Of a stretch of 64,000 nt of DNA, positions 40,642-53,651 are shown one piece after another (positions within the stretch are counted from its first letter, which is position 1; each line of letters starts with the position of its first letter). This stretch comes from Botryllus schlosseri (Eukaryota). Location: positions 23,190,001 through 23,254,000 of the forward strand of contig CM119371.1 of assembly GCA_051294905.1 (NCBI GenBank), in the 5' to 3' direction. Under the pieces are notes generated by a model, which saw nothing but the letters and a program-made list of their open reading frames with translations, made no database searches and was not told the DNA's origin. Position numbers and translations under genes: made by a program.

Positions 40642-41249
40642 TAGGGCTGTTCAGAAATAACTTTTTTTCGGATTCCAGCCATTCACTGATTAAATTGTCA
40701 GGTTACCCTAAAAACGCTGCACGCCATATTTGGTTCGATTCTAACAAGTATAGGACTCTGCAGATCTAATTAAAATTTTTAATTTATTATGGAAAATTTG
40801 AAAAAAAAAATCCAAATTTTCTGCCAACCCCATGAAATTGTTGAGCTGTCTTCAAAGACGTTGCGAAACAAATTTGAGTCAATTTCGACCAGTAGAAGCG
40901 GAGTTATGTGAGTGTTTCGTTGATAAATCGCGGATTATCCCGCGATCAAGGATAATCCGAGGATTATCTTCGAAAAACTCACATAACTTCTCTTCTACTG
41001 GTCGAAATTGACTCAAATTTGTTTTGCAACGTCTTTGAAGACAGCTCAACAATTTCATGGGGTTGGCAGAAAAATTTGGATTTTATGTTTTAATTTCCAT
41101 GATAAATTGAAAAATTTAATTGGATCTGCGGAGTCCTATACTTGTTAGAATCGAACCAAATATGGCGTGCAGCGTTTTTAGGGTAACCTGACAATTTATT
41201 CAGTGAATGGCTGGAATCCGGGAAAAAAAGTTATTTTTGAACAGCCCTA
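40642..41249. mobile_element. Foldback (fully palindromic) MITE, copy 2
   Basis: Same termini and spacer as 35169-35788; flanks GTGGTCAG/ATGGTCGG (6/8). Decayed relatives lie at ~50050-50367 and ~57001-57245. Confidence 0.9.
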
Positions 41250-41330
41250 ATGGTCGGGAGAGGCAAGTGAGGCACTGCCACAACTGTCGCGAGGGTCAGT
41301 AAAGAAAATAATGAAAATCTCGAATGATTA

Positions 41331-42754
41331 CACTGGTAAACACATATTTTTAGGCATACAAAGTAAGAGTGGTTTTGGGCGTTCTGAAGGGCACTGATTC
41401 CAAATATGACCTTGTTTTTTTTCAAATTGGCTCTTGTTGTGGAGATAACCCATAGGGCTATTTTGACCAAAATCTCCCATTTTCGCGGTAATGACTAGAT
41501 ATCAAATCGGCTTAGTCGTACTATACAGTTCAGAAATTCAATCTACTTGTTATTTTTACACACAGAAGACTATTTTAAATCAAGATACATAAATAGCACT
41601 ATATTTAGGGGTAATAGATTTATCATAGTCACAGACTTTCACGGATATCATGTACATAAATGAACTCCATTCATGTATATAAGTATTTACCTAGATATTC
41701 AAATAACGTGGCAATAATTCAATCAGTTTTACGTAAACCACCTATTGTAAATTTGAAATAATTAGTTGGAATATAATATTATTGATATATTTTGAATCGA
41801 AATTGTTTTTTGTACGATTGTCGCCTGTAAGCTATTTACTGCAGTTTCTCGAAAATTTCCGGCAATGGTCTGACATAATATGTTCAATGGTTCATCTCAT
41901 CAGCCCTGGTATCTTTCTATTGTTGTTCTGATGTCTTGGTAGAACCTCTCCCCTTGCTAATCAACAAGATGATCGGGAAAATATCAAGATAACTGAACAG
42001 GAAGTGAACTTTTATGCTCATGTTTGTTCCAAGTTTTCGATATGCAGATAAGAATTTTCGGACCAGCTGTTTGTAGTAGGGAGCTTTGTGATCAGCTAAA
42101 AAGTTTTATCCGCTACATCTTCGGAGAAATTACATGCTGTGAACTCCTTCTAATGTGAAATTGGAATCTTTCATCGGTATTTGAATATATCAAATACCAG
42201 ATTTACGCTTGTCGTTTGATAGGATTACTAGGTATACCCACTTTGTTGACTCAGTGGAAAATTATCCATTTACCAGTCAAAAGAAATGTGACACAAATGA
42301 GTATTGTAGTTGAGCCTTTTAAGGACAGATTTTATAGTTTTATACCCCTCTTTAATCTTGGTAGAATGACCAATTGATACAGGAGAATATGAATTTCCGT
42401 TGTGCAAAAGTAAAATTTTTAGGCTTGACAAACTGCGTTTTTAACAAACAAATATTTCGCATCATGCCATGTTAATATTGATAGAATGAATGAGAATGAC
42501 ATGTGGGTTCTTCATAGTCAATTAGCCATTTATGCGCAGTTTAAAATTAGAAAAAAAATACAATTTTCTTCCTACCAAGTGAAATATTTAAGGGTAAATA
42601 CAGTAATTCTGGGCTTTTTTAGGGGTATAAATATCTTCTGACAGAGAGCCAATCTGACAAAACTGATGTGATATTCGTATTCGGCAACCTCAGAAACCCC
42701 AGAAACGGTTCTCAGATGTTCTGCCTAAAAAAAATTTCGTTTTGTTGACCGGTG
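41331..42754 (-). mobile_element. Chapaev3-like (CMC) DNA transposon relic with transposase pseudogene
   Basis: TTA|CACTGGTAAACA...TGTTGACCGGTG|TTA (3-bp TWA TSD, CAC termini). Minus-strand fragments LLHNGNSYSPVSIGHSTKIKE, LGTNMSIKVHFLFSYLDIFP, QGERFYQDI..ERYQG*, MSDHC. Confidence 0.75.
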
Positions 42755-45700
42755 TTATTGCTATTTACCGTCGATGTTCATTGTTCATGAATAACTAAAT
42801 TTGAATATATTTTAATTCAACATCATCAATTTGCATATAAATTGTTCAGGCTCACAGCGCGAAAGAAGACCTGAGGCACATTTGAGCCACGGGCGGGTCG
42901 TGCCTCATCTGCGACAGCTCAGAATTCGAATCAACTGGTATGTATCATTTACTATTGTCTCGCCGATTCCGAAAATCCGAATATTAATCATTTTAGAGCA
43001 CTGGGACGGTCCCAGTGGGACCCCTGAAAATCGCCAATGAATGTGAAATTTGGCTCTGTTACGTGAAATGCGACGCAGAGAAACGATAGTCAGGTGAGGC
43101 AGAATCGAATTTGCTCCCCTCAATATTCGCTAACAATCGGACACTCGCAGTACAGTGAAACGCACTATCGATTTCGGAGACCGACCGCGCTGTGTGAACT
43201 GTATAGTGGCGATGGTCAATACGAAATGCGCAGCAAATACATTCACTTACTGAGTAAGCTGTTTTGTGTATTTTCCTTGCATTGCTACGTTAAATTGTGG
43301 TATGTGATAGCTACTTACATAGCTTGCCTTGTCGTTGCTTGTGAATTTTAAGGTGTTTTCGATTGCAATAATCATTTACACCAGGTCGATATTTTATGTT
43401 AGGATTCCATATCTGTCAACTTGTTGCACGGCCTACTTCTAGGATTTGTAAGAGACCGCTTACATGGAACAGATGGCGATTGGGAGCCTAGATAGCCGTC
43501 GTGTGATGATGGCTAATGTGATAATAAAAACGTCGCCATCTAAATCAGCTAACCTTGTAGGTTTTATATATTTGTGAATCGTAATCCCAGTACATCTGCA
43601 TCCCCAGTAAAAATCATGAATCTAGCCCCGAGTTTCCAGTGTGAATTCTGTTTTCAACAAAGTTTGATGATAGTGAGTGACATATTTAGTATTGCTGATA
43701 CCGTGTCCATTTCAAACTTGTAAAAATGGAGATTGGACTAGCAAAGGACAATAGATAAAAACCGAAATTAGTACCTCAAACATTTTCAGGCTTTTCGTTT
43801 CATGCTTTTCGTTGAGCAATCTGTATATAACTGAATAATTCACTGAAGGAAAAAATTGAAATATGTATCGCAGAATGTTGCGGCGGCCAACAGGGTGCAG
43901 TGAAAACGCTCTCGCTTACTCGTTTCTCTTGCTGCTGTTGTTTCAATAACTACTCGTATGCTTCGAAAAAGTAGAAGTACGACGTTACAGACCACCTCAG
44001 CCGAAGATGACTGTCGTCTACAAACACAACTCCTTCGGCGTGCTCTTAGATTAAAATTCACTATGGTCATTCAACGTAAATAAATCATTTATGGTAGGTT
44101 ATCCCAATTCAAAGTATTTCTCAGTCATGAGTGTCGTCAATCTCACGAACAAGGATCCCAATTCTCAAACCTTCACGCACATAGCTACATTCTTCGTCGG
44201 TAAACGACTAAGGACCATAGTTGACAACTAACACTCATAGTTGACTTTTCACTATTCCCTATTTAATTTTCTTATTGGCTTAACATGGTACCCACGTAGT
44301 TGATCTGTCTCTATACTGCGACTTGAAGTATCAATCGTCCATGCTAACGAATCGCATCTCACTTAGCTTGCAACTTTGACAGCTTATCAAATAATGCTGT
44401 TGGACCGTGGAGGCGTGTCATGCCTCCAGACAAAAGAAATGATTAGAGAAGCGTAATCAATCATGAAGGACAGCGCGCTGTTTTGATTACGGTAACTAAA
44501 GGTATGGAGGTCGGAGGATCACGCAGCAAAGTAGGCTACATTTCTGTATGAAGTTCGTTTTAAAATCGGTCCCGTAGTGTCTTCACTCCACTGCGGAGGT
44601 TTTGATTTTTTTAACGCGCAGCCTTGAACTAATATCTAGCTGCCTGTATGGACTTCCACTGTTTTGCCATTCCTTTTTAAATTTAATCAACTGTATAATG
44701 CAAATTTAATGTGATGATGTAATTCGTGGGACACACCCGGAAACACACATTGCACCGATACCCGCAGAATGCAACACAGGAGACCATCAATAACCGCACC
44801 CGCACCGTGCCGTCGACTAACACGGAAGCTATTGAATATTGACTCCTAAGGATGAATTGCTCGGAATCTTCAATCGATTAGCAAAATATCGCTCAAAAAG
44901 AGCCTATTGTCCGTTGATCACGATTTGAGTTTTAGAAGTTGTCTAAACTCAGCTGCTTCCCCGATATTGGCGCAATTTAAAAATATTATGCAATGTTGGT
45001 GGTAAGTATTGTATTTGAAATCAGGTGAACCGGAATGAAATAAATTCAACTTAACGTGACGAAGCAGAGTAAGTTGTCCTGCAGTTAACATGTAGCCCAG
45101 TTGGTATTAGTATCAGCTTATCAATATACTAGCGGCCAAAACAACGGTGTCGAAATGACGCAATAACGCCAAAATGCGACATTTAAAACTGCAAAACTAG
45201 AAATCAACAGTTTCAATTTCGATTTCAGGTGACATGTTTCTACTATCGATAATGGGACAAAATTAAAACATGGACCATGACCATGCAATAAAAAGAATAA
45301 GATTTGCATTGACCTTTCACGATCTCCAGTTTTAAGCCCAATGATATACACTTATATACTTAACTTCATAGGCTCAGTATATTTTGTGATTCTAATACAT
45401 CCGCAATGAAGTGTTTTCCCGCACTACTTATCTTCATTTCTGGTTGGAACTGTCTGCCCTTACTGCCTGAAGAAGCTTTTTTGACTTGAAAACCGACAAA
45501 TTTTTACACACGAAGAAACCTTATTTTAACGAAATCTGGACCTGTGAAGAATTCCAGTAGTTACATTATGGTGGAAATGATGAAAATTTGTTGTTGTACC
45601 ACGAAAGATTCTTCCTACATTCTGGCGTAGAATGTGACTGTCCTTACGAAGTAGGGTTACCATAGTTCTGGAATCTGAAAAGAGAACACTTTTCAAGTAT

Positions 45701-45922
45701 TACCAGACTGAAAACACCGAAAGAAAATCCGTAAAAATTGATAAATTTATTGGGAGTTTGTAGTTGGTCGACCAAATAAAAAGGTCAGTTTTACAACTCG
45801 ACTCCGGAAATGTACACTTTTATTGAATTCTCAGTTGGTTGACAAACAAAGGTCGGATTGCTGGCTAAACACCGGAAATACCTGCCGCTTCAGGTAACTA
45901 CGTGACGCGATGCCTATTAAAA

Positions 45923-46266
45923 TAGGGTTACCATGCGTCATCCTTTAGGATTTATCCTACTTATTCAGGTTTTCAAAATGTCCTCCGAAGACGCCTAAAT
46001 TACCTCCCTTTCGACGAATCGACCCCCTTCACAGCTTTTACAGTTCCGATAATGGACACGGCTTAACTGAACATCAGCATATATGACGTGTAATATGTAA
46101 TACGAATGTTCGAGCGGGTCATTCGGGAGTCGAATGAACGTGTTTAAGTCAACTTAATCATAATTTCCAATAAATATTGCAAAACGGCTGTTTCCAGTTT
46201 CGATCCACTAACTGTTATGATTTATAAAGTGTCCGGTTTAACCGATTTCAAAACATGGTAACCCTA
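45923..46266. mobile_element. Degenerate hAT MITE (TAGGGTTACCAT TIR) just 3' of paralogue 3
   Basis: TAGGGTTACCATG..CATGGTAACCCTA termini; a second left end of the same family at 45652; TSD only approximate. Confidence 0.6.
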
Positions 46267-46392
46267 TAGTTAAAAGCTAAACTATCAAACATAAATTTAT
46301 TTTATTCACCAGCAGTACAGGAAAATATCGTCATAAATATCAGAGTTATACACATAGACGACTTTATATATATTAGGAATAGCATTACTTGA

Positions 46393-47424
46393 TTACGGGG
46401 TGATGTACTGACCACGGCGACATTGGACTCCGTGGATAAACACCGACACCAACAATTGACTGATACCGACGAAATTCATCAGCTGAATTTTCTCATTGTC
46501 GATAAAGCATTCGGGAAAATAGTCGAAATACGCTTCATCCCGCAACAACATTGAGACGCAGGCTTGCACGAGCTGATCGATCGCGAAGAGGCACGCGTTG
46601 AAAAGAGACGATCCAGTACCGTCGTACGGTAACAGCGGTGTGAATATGTAGTACCCGGCCAGCAGTTTGTTGCTTGAAAAACTTTGAAACCAACGCGTGA
46701 ATGAATCAACATCATATTTTCCGTGATAGCGGACCAGTATCGCGAAACGCAGAAACCAATGTGCTGCGAGAAATGCAAAAGTCCACCATTGCAAGACATA
46801 TGTTACTTGCATGAAGAACGCCATTTTCGCCGCGAATAACGCTGTGCGACTCAAGCAGGTGAAGAAACATTCTCGAAATGAGCATGGGATGCCTCTGTCT
46901 TCCAGGTATGCTGCATACGGCAAATGGAACCCGACTATTATTGACGTGATGTATACTGAAACAGGCACGTACAGGTCGAATTCGTCTACGTCTATCTGTT
47001 CAGCATAGGGTATTCGCGTATATATATGAATCCAAAGTTGCGGAATAGTATGAAATAGAGTTTGAACCAGTTTCATAACCATAAAATTATCGGCGATGTT
47101 CTTTCTTCCCTGTACAATATCAAATGTGGAATATTGTACCGCAATAAAATACAGTGCTGCGAATGCGGTCACAAAGTAGCCGAATACCACGCTGAGCATG
47201 ATTAGCATGAAAATCCAAATTTCTTCCTCCCACAAGTCCGAGTTGTTCCAATAGACTGCAGCCGTATACGACGATGTAAAATTGTTCACCAGCATCAAGA
47301 AGTTGATCACGCGATAGTCTATTATTCGATTCCAGCAGCAGCAACAAAGGCAGGAGCATATCCTCGTGAGCATCATGACGGAAGATTCCGCTTTCCTTAA
47401 AGATGGGAACCAGAGTGCGTTCAT
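46393..47424 (-). CDS. Divergent XK-related multi-pass membrane protein, paralogue 3 (343 aa; alternative start ATG 47376)
   Basis: Uninterrupted ORF with QTLFHTIPQLWIHIY, RTALFAAKMAFFMQ, FLAAHWFLR, YYIFTPLLPYDG and ECFIDNEKIQL. MM at 47376 aligns with the start of paralogue 2. AATAAA on the minus strand at 46296-46306. Confidence 0.78.
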   Translation of the reverse strand: MNALWFPSLRKAESSVMMLTRICSCLCCCCWNRIIDYRVINFLMLVNNFTSSYTAAVYWNNSDLWEEEIWIFMLIMLSVVFGYFVTAFAALYFIAVQYSTFDIVQGRKNIADNFMVMKLVQTLFHTIPQLWIHIYTRIPYAEQIDVDEFDLYVPVSVYITSIIVGFHLPYAAYLEDRGIPCSFRECFFTCLSRTALFAAKMAFFMQVTYVLQWWTFAFLAAHWFLRFAILVRYHGKYDVDSFTRWFQSFSSNKLLAGYYIFTPLLPYDGTGSSLFNACLFAIDQLVQACVSMLLRDEAYFDYFPECFIDNEKIQLMNFVGISQLLVSVFIHGVQCRRGQYITP

Positions 47425-47554
47425 TAATATTTAAAAGTTAGAAAAAGTATTATTTACTAGACTCTGTTTACATTGAAAGCAACTAACCAATAAGCATAAA
47501 ACTTAAATATACAATATCGGGAATAATCGTACATGTTCATTGTTAGGTCATAAC

Positions 47555-48042
47555 TAGGGCAAGTTTTGTTGCAGTTAAATCCGAGGAAAGTTGCACTTGT
47601 TTTTCACACAATTTGCAATGAAAGGTTGCATTCAATTTTAACAAAAGTTGCACTTAAAAATTGCATTTATGGTCAAGTTCCTTGGTCATATTAGGATACT
47701 CGAATCGTTCCGTATCCAAGGCACTGTATCAAAAACTCAATGTTGGCGACTTAACCCATTGAAAATATAACTTTTGGCGGTATAGCCTGAATGTACGCCA
47801 AATCAGACAGGACCTCAAATTTTGACAATAGTGAAATAATTAGGTGATCTATTTACATATAGTGCCGAATATTTCCAGTAAAAAGGTATTTGCATAAAAA
47901 ATTGAAAAAGTTGCATGAAAAAATGAAGAAAAGTTGCGATATAAGATTCCTCAAAACAGTTAAAAACTACATAACTTCAGAGTATTTAGGAAGCTGCCGG
48001 AAATTGCAAAAAAAATTGCAAAAGTTGCAAAAACTTGCCTTG
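47555..48042. mobile_element. hAT-like MITE (TAGGGCAAGTTTT TIR, GTTGCA repeats), copy 1
   Basis: TAGGGCAAGTTT..AAACTTGCCTTG termini; flanks GTCATAAC/GTGATACC (6/8); inverted sister of 53254-53651. Confidence 0.78.
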
Positions 48043-49509
48043 GTGATACCTACCTAGCTACATGGCGGCGGCGTGTAATCAAATAACATTCAAGTGATAA
48101 GTATTCTCTGGGCTTGATTAGCTTGATTTTCCCACTCATAAAATATACAGAAATGCCTAGAACTGAAGAACATCATCCGCCACATGCAAGCAAGGACATC
48201 ACTATACCAAAAGCCTCTTTTATATACTTTTGAAATTGCATTCATATTAATTAGCAAATTTCTAACATTCCATGACAGACCAAAGCATCCCTCAATGATA
48301 TATTGAATTGAAAACTTTAGGAGATCGAAATATTTCGTGACCGCCCAAAATTGCATCCACGACCCACTTGATGGGAGCACCGTTTTCTATTCTATTCTAA
48401 TGGAATCGACAGTTTTTCGAGTCTCTCACGGACAAAATTTAGTAATATCACAAGGAAACGCAATGAGTTGGGATGATTTCTGAAGTCGAATGCAGGAATA
48501 TAATTCAGCGTTAGACGTGAATACTAAATTGCCCCGGTTTGGAATTTTGAATTGAATGTCGATATATTGGTTTATAAATGAAACCTCACGCAATGCTAGA
48601 CAGCTCATCGTGAAAATGTAACCCGGGCTTCAAATTCATGTTCATTACACAACCTGCGATTTTACAAGTTTTCCTCTGATGCCTTTACGTTATTGCGTCA
48701 TAAGTACCATGTATGACATCTCTGTATGTTACGATATAATCTAATGCTGGGCTCATTTCAATAAAAGCGACTAAATCACCACAAATGCAGTAATAACCAT
48801 AACGATAGGAAAAAAAGTATGAAATAATATTACATTAGTCAGATTTTCAATAATATGAATCCGACTTCAACATATGGCAGTGGTCGGGAACCATTTTCGT
48901 CCGAGGAGCCATATTTACCCTATATTTTAAATCTTAACTCCTAACGAGCCAGACACGTCAAACAGCTCCTACGTCACATCTGAAAAATAGTGACGTCACA
49001 GTAGCGCAAATTCGAAATCACTACATGGGATTCGTCGTTTGCACCGTATGTCATCCGTACAAACTTGTATTTATCATGCTGGTTGCCTCATTTGAGTAAT
49101 CGGTATGCGAAACTTTGAGTAAGATAGACATTTTGCAAGTTACATATTTTTAATTGTATTGCACTGAGAGGCATATGATATTTTTCGAAGCTCAAGACAA
49201 ATACCATTTAGATTTTCTGTAGACGTAGACTTTGAATGTATGAATGTACTTTTTACGCACTTTTTTCACAGGTAATACGTCTTTCGGTGTTGCATGGTAT
49301 TCCTGGTGACATTATACTCTGATTGATAATTGTTGATGTTTTACTTCATACAAAATTTAAAACTTTCGTCAGTTATACGAGATCCCAGGTTCGTCTTGAT
49401 GCTATTCTTACATCCGAGGACCAATGATGACATACGTAAGGGGAGCCAAACACGCTTACCATACACTACAGCAGTATACCGACCCACTGTAATGTGTGAT
49501 GCGTCAGTG

Positions 49510-51201
49510 CAGGGTTGTAACCAAGTCACATTGTTCCGAGTCACGAGTCAATCTTACTTTTGTGGTTTTGACTCGAGTCAAGTCGAGTCATTTTCAATTC
49601 ATCATCGACTCGAGTCGGAGTCCAAGTCACCGTTTAAAGGCTCAAGTCCGAGTCATAGTGTTATGACTCGAGTCGAGTCCAACTCACAGTATTGAAGTCA
49701 TGTTCCACTCGTGTTTTCAATCTTGAATTTGCTTATAGCTTATAGAGAATCAACGAATTCATTCTACATGCTATCTGATATAGAACCAATAACGAATTCA
49801 CGTCTAAATACCAGCTGATCAATGATATATATATATAATCATTGATCATTGATTATATATGAGCTGATAGAGAACCAAACATATGCATCATGTTTATGTA
49901 GACGTACAGTTTTTCTTTCACATTATCAGGTGGTTTACTAAAAAAAGGTCAGTTTTCCTGCTCAGCTCCCGAAATAGCCGCCGGAGCGTTACTAATACGA
50001 AAGGAAATTTTGGATTAACTACAAATAGAGATTTTCGAATTTTACTGGCCCCCTCATGATATTGTTATATTGTGTGAAAATATGATTCATAGCAAATTTG
50101 GCTCAATTCCAACTAGAAAAAGCAAATTTATTAGAGTGGAATATTTTGGATATGAAAAAATAGTCGGCTTACTACTAGCATTATATTATATGAAATAATT
50201 TCTCACCAAAAACACTCCCTTTATTTTCAAATATAAAATTTTCTCCTCTCATATCATTGATTCTACTTTTTGAAATTAAGCCAGATTCAGTGTTCTTTTT
50301 CTGCAACATAACAATTTTACCAAGTAGCCACCCAGTAAAATAAATAAGTTATTTTTGAACAACCCTGTTGTACAAACATCACACAACGTGCACAATGCAC
50401 ATATACCTAACAAAACGTCAAATGGACAGAGTTTATTGTGTGTTTTCACTGACAGCAGATCAAATCAATGATGAGTTACAATTAGAAAATACAAAAGTGG
50501 AAAGGAGATCCTCATATATGTTATAGCGGCAAAGCCTTAGAATAAATCCACATCTACTGAAACACGTTCCACTGGTGTACTAGGTACAGGAATTGACAAG
50601 CATTTTTGAACCATATGGAAGAGCATCGGATACTCATTATTTCTGGTCGGCAATATTGCAAAGAATCAACGCCTTCAAAGCTACACGTGAGCTTATCAGT
50701 CTCTTCTAAGAACTTGACCATCTGAGTCATTTCATTGGCCCTACTTGAACTTTGCTTCGATTGATTGTATAATTGAAAAGTATTGAGTACTTTGATTGCG
50801 GTGGATCTATTACCTCTTCATCACAGGATGATTTTGTACAATGCATTGCTACTATAGGTACCATTGTCTGCTGTTTTTACGGCGACATATCTGATATCAG
50901 TGCAACGAAAGCAGTGGCGACAAATAGCGATGTCGGCAGAATTCGTCAGATGCGTTGATCTAGCCATTACGATTCGCAAAATTTTTCATCTTCAAGTCAT
51001 ATAAAATAAGCCGAGTCAATGACTTGGGTCGAGTCATGCGTAATGACTCGAGTACAAGTCGAGTCAATCCAAATATTGACTCGAGTCGAGTCGAGTCATT
51101 TTCCCATTTCTAGAAAATGACTCGAGTCAAGTCGAGTCACAAAAAAATCGTGACTCGAGTCTGACTCGAGTCGAGTCATGACTCGAGTCATTACAACCCT
51201 G
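49510..51201 (-). mobile_element. Internally deleted hAT transposon (GACTCGAGTC family) with a dimerisation-domain remnant
   Basis: TIRs CAGGGTTGTAA..TTACAACCCTG; perfect TSD CGTCAGTG. The minus strand at ~50460-50670 reads YPMLFHMVQKCLSIPVPSTPVERV/FSRCGFILR..LLSTFVFSNCN, a hAT C-terminal dimerisation motif with one frameshift. Confidence 0.92.
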
Positions 51202-53253
51202 CGTCAGTGACGTATAGGGTCAGCGGAGGCCAGTGGGGCAGTGCCTCACCTGTCAAGTAGATTTTGAACAGTTGTACTAGCAAAATCACGTAACTTGCTT
51301 ATTCAATGCTCGAAAATAAAGCGGGAAAGGAGAGGTATGGCACGACCGGGCCATGTCTTACCTGTGACAGCGCAATTCATCAAAAATATCATAGAATTTA
51401 TATTAACTGATATTAATCGAGTATAATTGTCGCACTGATTCCGATTCGACTTCTCAATTCTCAAAGTATTCGGCGGTATCATAACGTTCCACCACACGCC
51501 TACATTTTAACCGCGACTACAAAGCGTGGAACGTGAACGTGGATAGCTAATTAGCTATGGCGTTGTTTGGAAGTTGAATTTGTAATTGGGAATGTCACTT
51601 CCACGACAGTTTCATTCTCAACGTAGACCAGAAGACAAAGTGTATTTGAAATTCGCATTGTGATGTACAGGTGCGGCCATGTCCCCTAGTCTCTTTGATC
51701 AATCAACGTATCGTGCAAGCCCAAGGTCTCGTGGCGGTTATATCTAATTCGGATGTGATACTAGTCGCTGCGCGACAGAAACTTCAATTTCAGGATTTTG
51801 AACAAGGGGTCCGAGCCCCTAACCCTGAATACGCCACTGTATTAACCTCTTAAACACATGTTTATGCTACCACAAGGATAATTATACTGGTCGTGGTGAA
51901 GATTTAACAACAATTTGCTGCAATATTGATGAATTACGCACGAACATAAAGATTTCGTAAAGAGCAATATCTTATGCCCAAAAGCGCCATATATGGCTCG
52001 CGACCGATGGGTTTCCGACCACTGAGATATGGGAATAGTAATAAATGCGGTATATTGTCTTGAATACCCACAACAGGTACGAATCCTCATCCAACCCACT
52101 CTTTATCTCGCTTTAAATCGACCACAATTCGTCCAAATAAAAGGAATTGTACTAAGCCTTTAACTACGAATTTCTACGTCTTTACAAACGAATCAATTTA
52201 GTCTGATGAGAACTAGGGAACGAGTATGCAAAAGTAGATTTGATCGGGGGGCCGCATATGCATCCAGCATATAATCCCAGCTGGCTAGTTTCATAAATGT
52301 GAGATGCCTTTTCCTGACCAAGGCAAAATGACTAACAAGAGTACACCACGGACCGTGACCACCTGCACTTTTAGCGAAAAGAGTATATTTACATCCAAAA
52401 GTTGGTATACCAAAACACGACCCAACTAAGAATTATATAGCGGTCATAGACCATATAAAATGTTGTTTTTGATTTGTACCGCGGTATAAGTCTGAGGTAA
52501 GGTCTCGTTCCGTGCACTACGGGTGTAAATCCATACCCGTATATCACGGGCGTGAATAAGCACTTAATTCGCTAGGAGTTTACTGTACAGTATCTTTGGC
52601 GAACTTGATTTCTTTCGGGTGAACTACGACGGAATTTTTATCAACATATCACAAATACGTGAGTATGTAAAGACGTATTCTATGTGGTGACCATAGTCAA
52701 CATCCAGAACTTACAACATTCCGAATTTACAAGAGCCGAATATTTTTCTAACCTTTAAAGACTGAGCTTCATTCTCCGTCAGTAGGGCGGCCTGGATTCA
52801 CAACTATAATTTGGCTCATCCGACTACAAAGATGCAAACTAGTTTAAAGGGTATATCAGGCGACTTTATTATGTGAGGTACGCATACCTTAATTACTCTT
52901 GTCAAGGTTTTGACAGTCTACCAGTTAACTCCTGTCTCTCGTGTACCGAGCCTAGAAATTTACACGATACCATACCAACATGCAAGTAAACTCCAACTTC
53001 GCCGTCTCACCTAACAATACTGCTAGACAGGTGAGACGTTTCACTTCCCCAGATAAACAAATGATTGGCGAAGCGTGCTCTATTATGAAGGACCTGTGCC
53101 TTAGGAACCATGGATGTTGGCTCTCAACGGAGGACGTAATGTCAGGCATATTCGTGAGTGAAGCTATGTTGATAAATAATTAGTAAGGTTCCACGCACTT
53201 CGTAATGGCAATACATGGACATTGAAAGTTGCAATGAGAGATTCAGTTATTAC

Positions 53254-53651
53254 TAGGGCAAGTTTTTGCAACTTTTGCAACTTTGTTTTACAGCTTCCGG
53301 CAGCTTCCTAAATACTCGTAAGATATGTAGAATGTTGTTTTAAGCTGTTTGAAGGAATCTAATAGTGCAACTTTTCGCAACTTTTTTCCATATTTTTCAT
53401 GCAACTTTTTCGATTTTTCATGAAGGTATTGTCGATTTTGGTGAAATACACGGCCAAATTCGACTGAAACACCGTAAATCAGCACCGAAGTAACGCTTTT
53501 ATGGGTATTTCGGGAGCTGAGCCGGAAAATTGACCTTTTTTTTAGTCAACCGAGCAAAATGTGGTCAAAATGCAACTTCTGCAACTTTTTTCGAAAATAA
53601 ATGAATAAATGCAACTTTCCACGGATTTAACTGCAACAAAAACTTGCCCTA
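53254..53651. mobile_element. hAT-like MITE (TAGGGCAAGTTTT TIR), copy 2
   Basis: TAGGGCAAGTTTTTG..CAAAAACTTGCCCTA termini; perfect TSD GTTATTAC. Confidence 0.9.

Noticed and set aside
7055..51201. GACTCGAGTC, GTAATC and CCATA arrays as CRISPR arrays or satellites
   Set aside because: There is no repeat-spacer periodicity, no cas genes, and the context is eukaryotic. They are subterminal repeats bounded by TIRs and TSDs.
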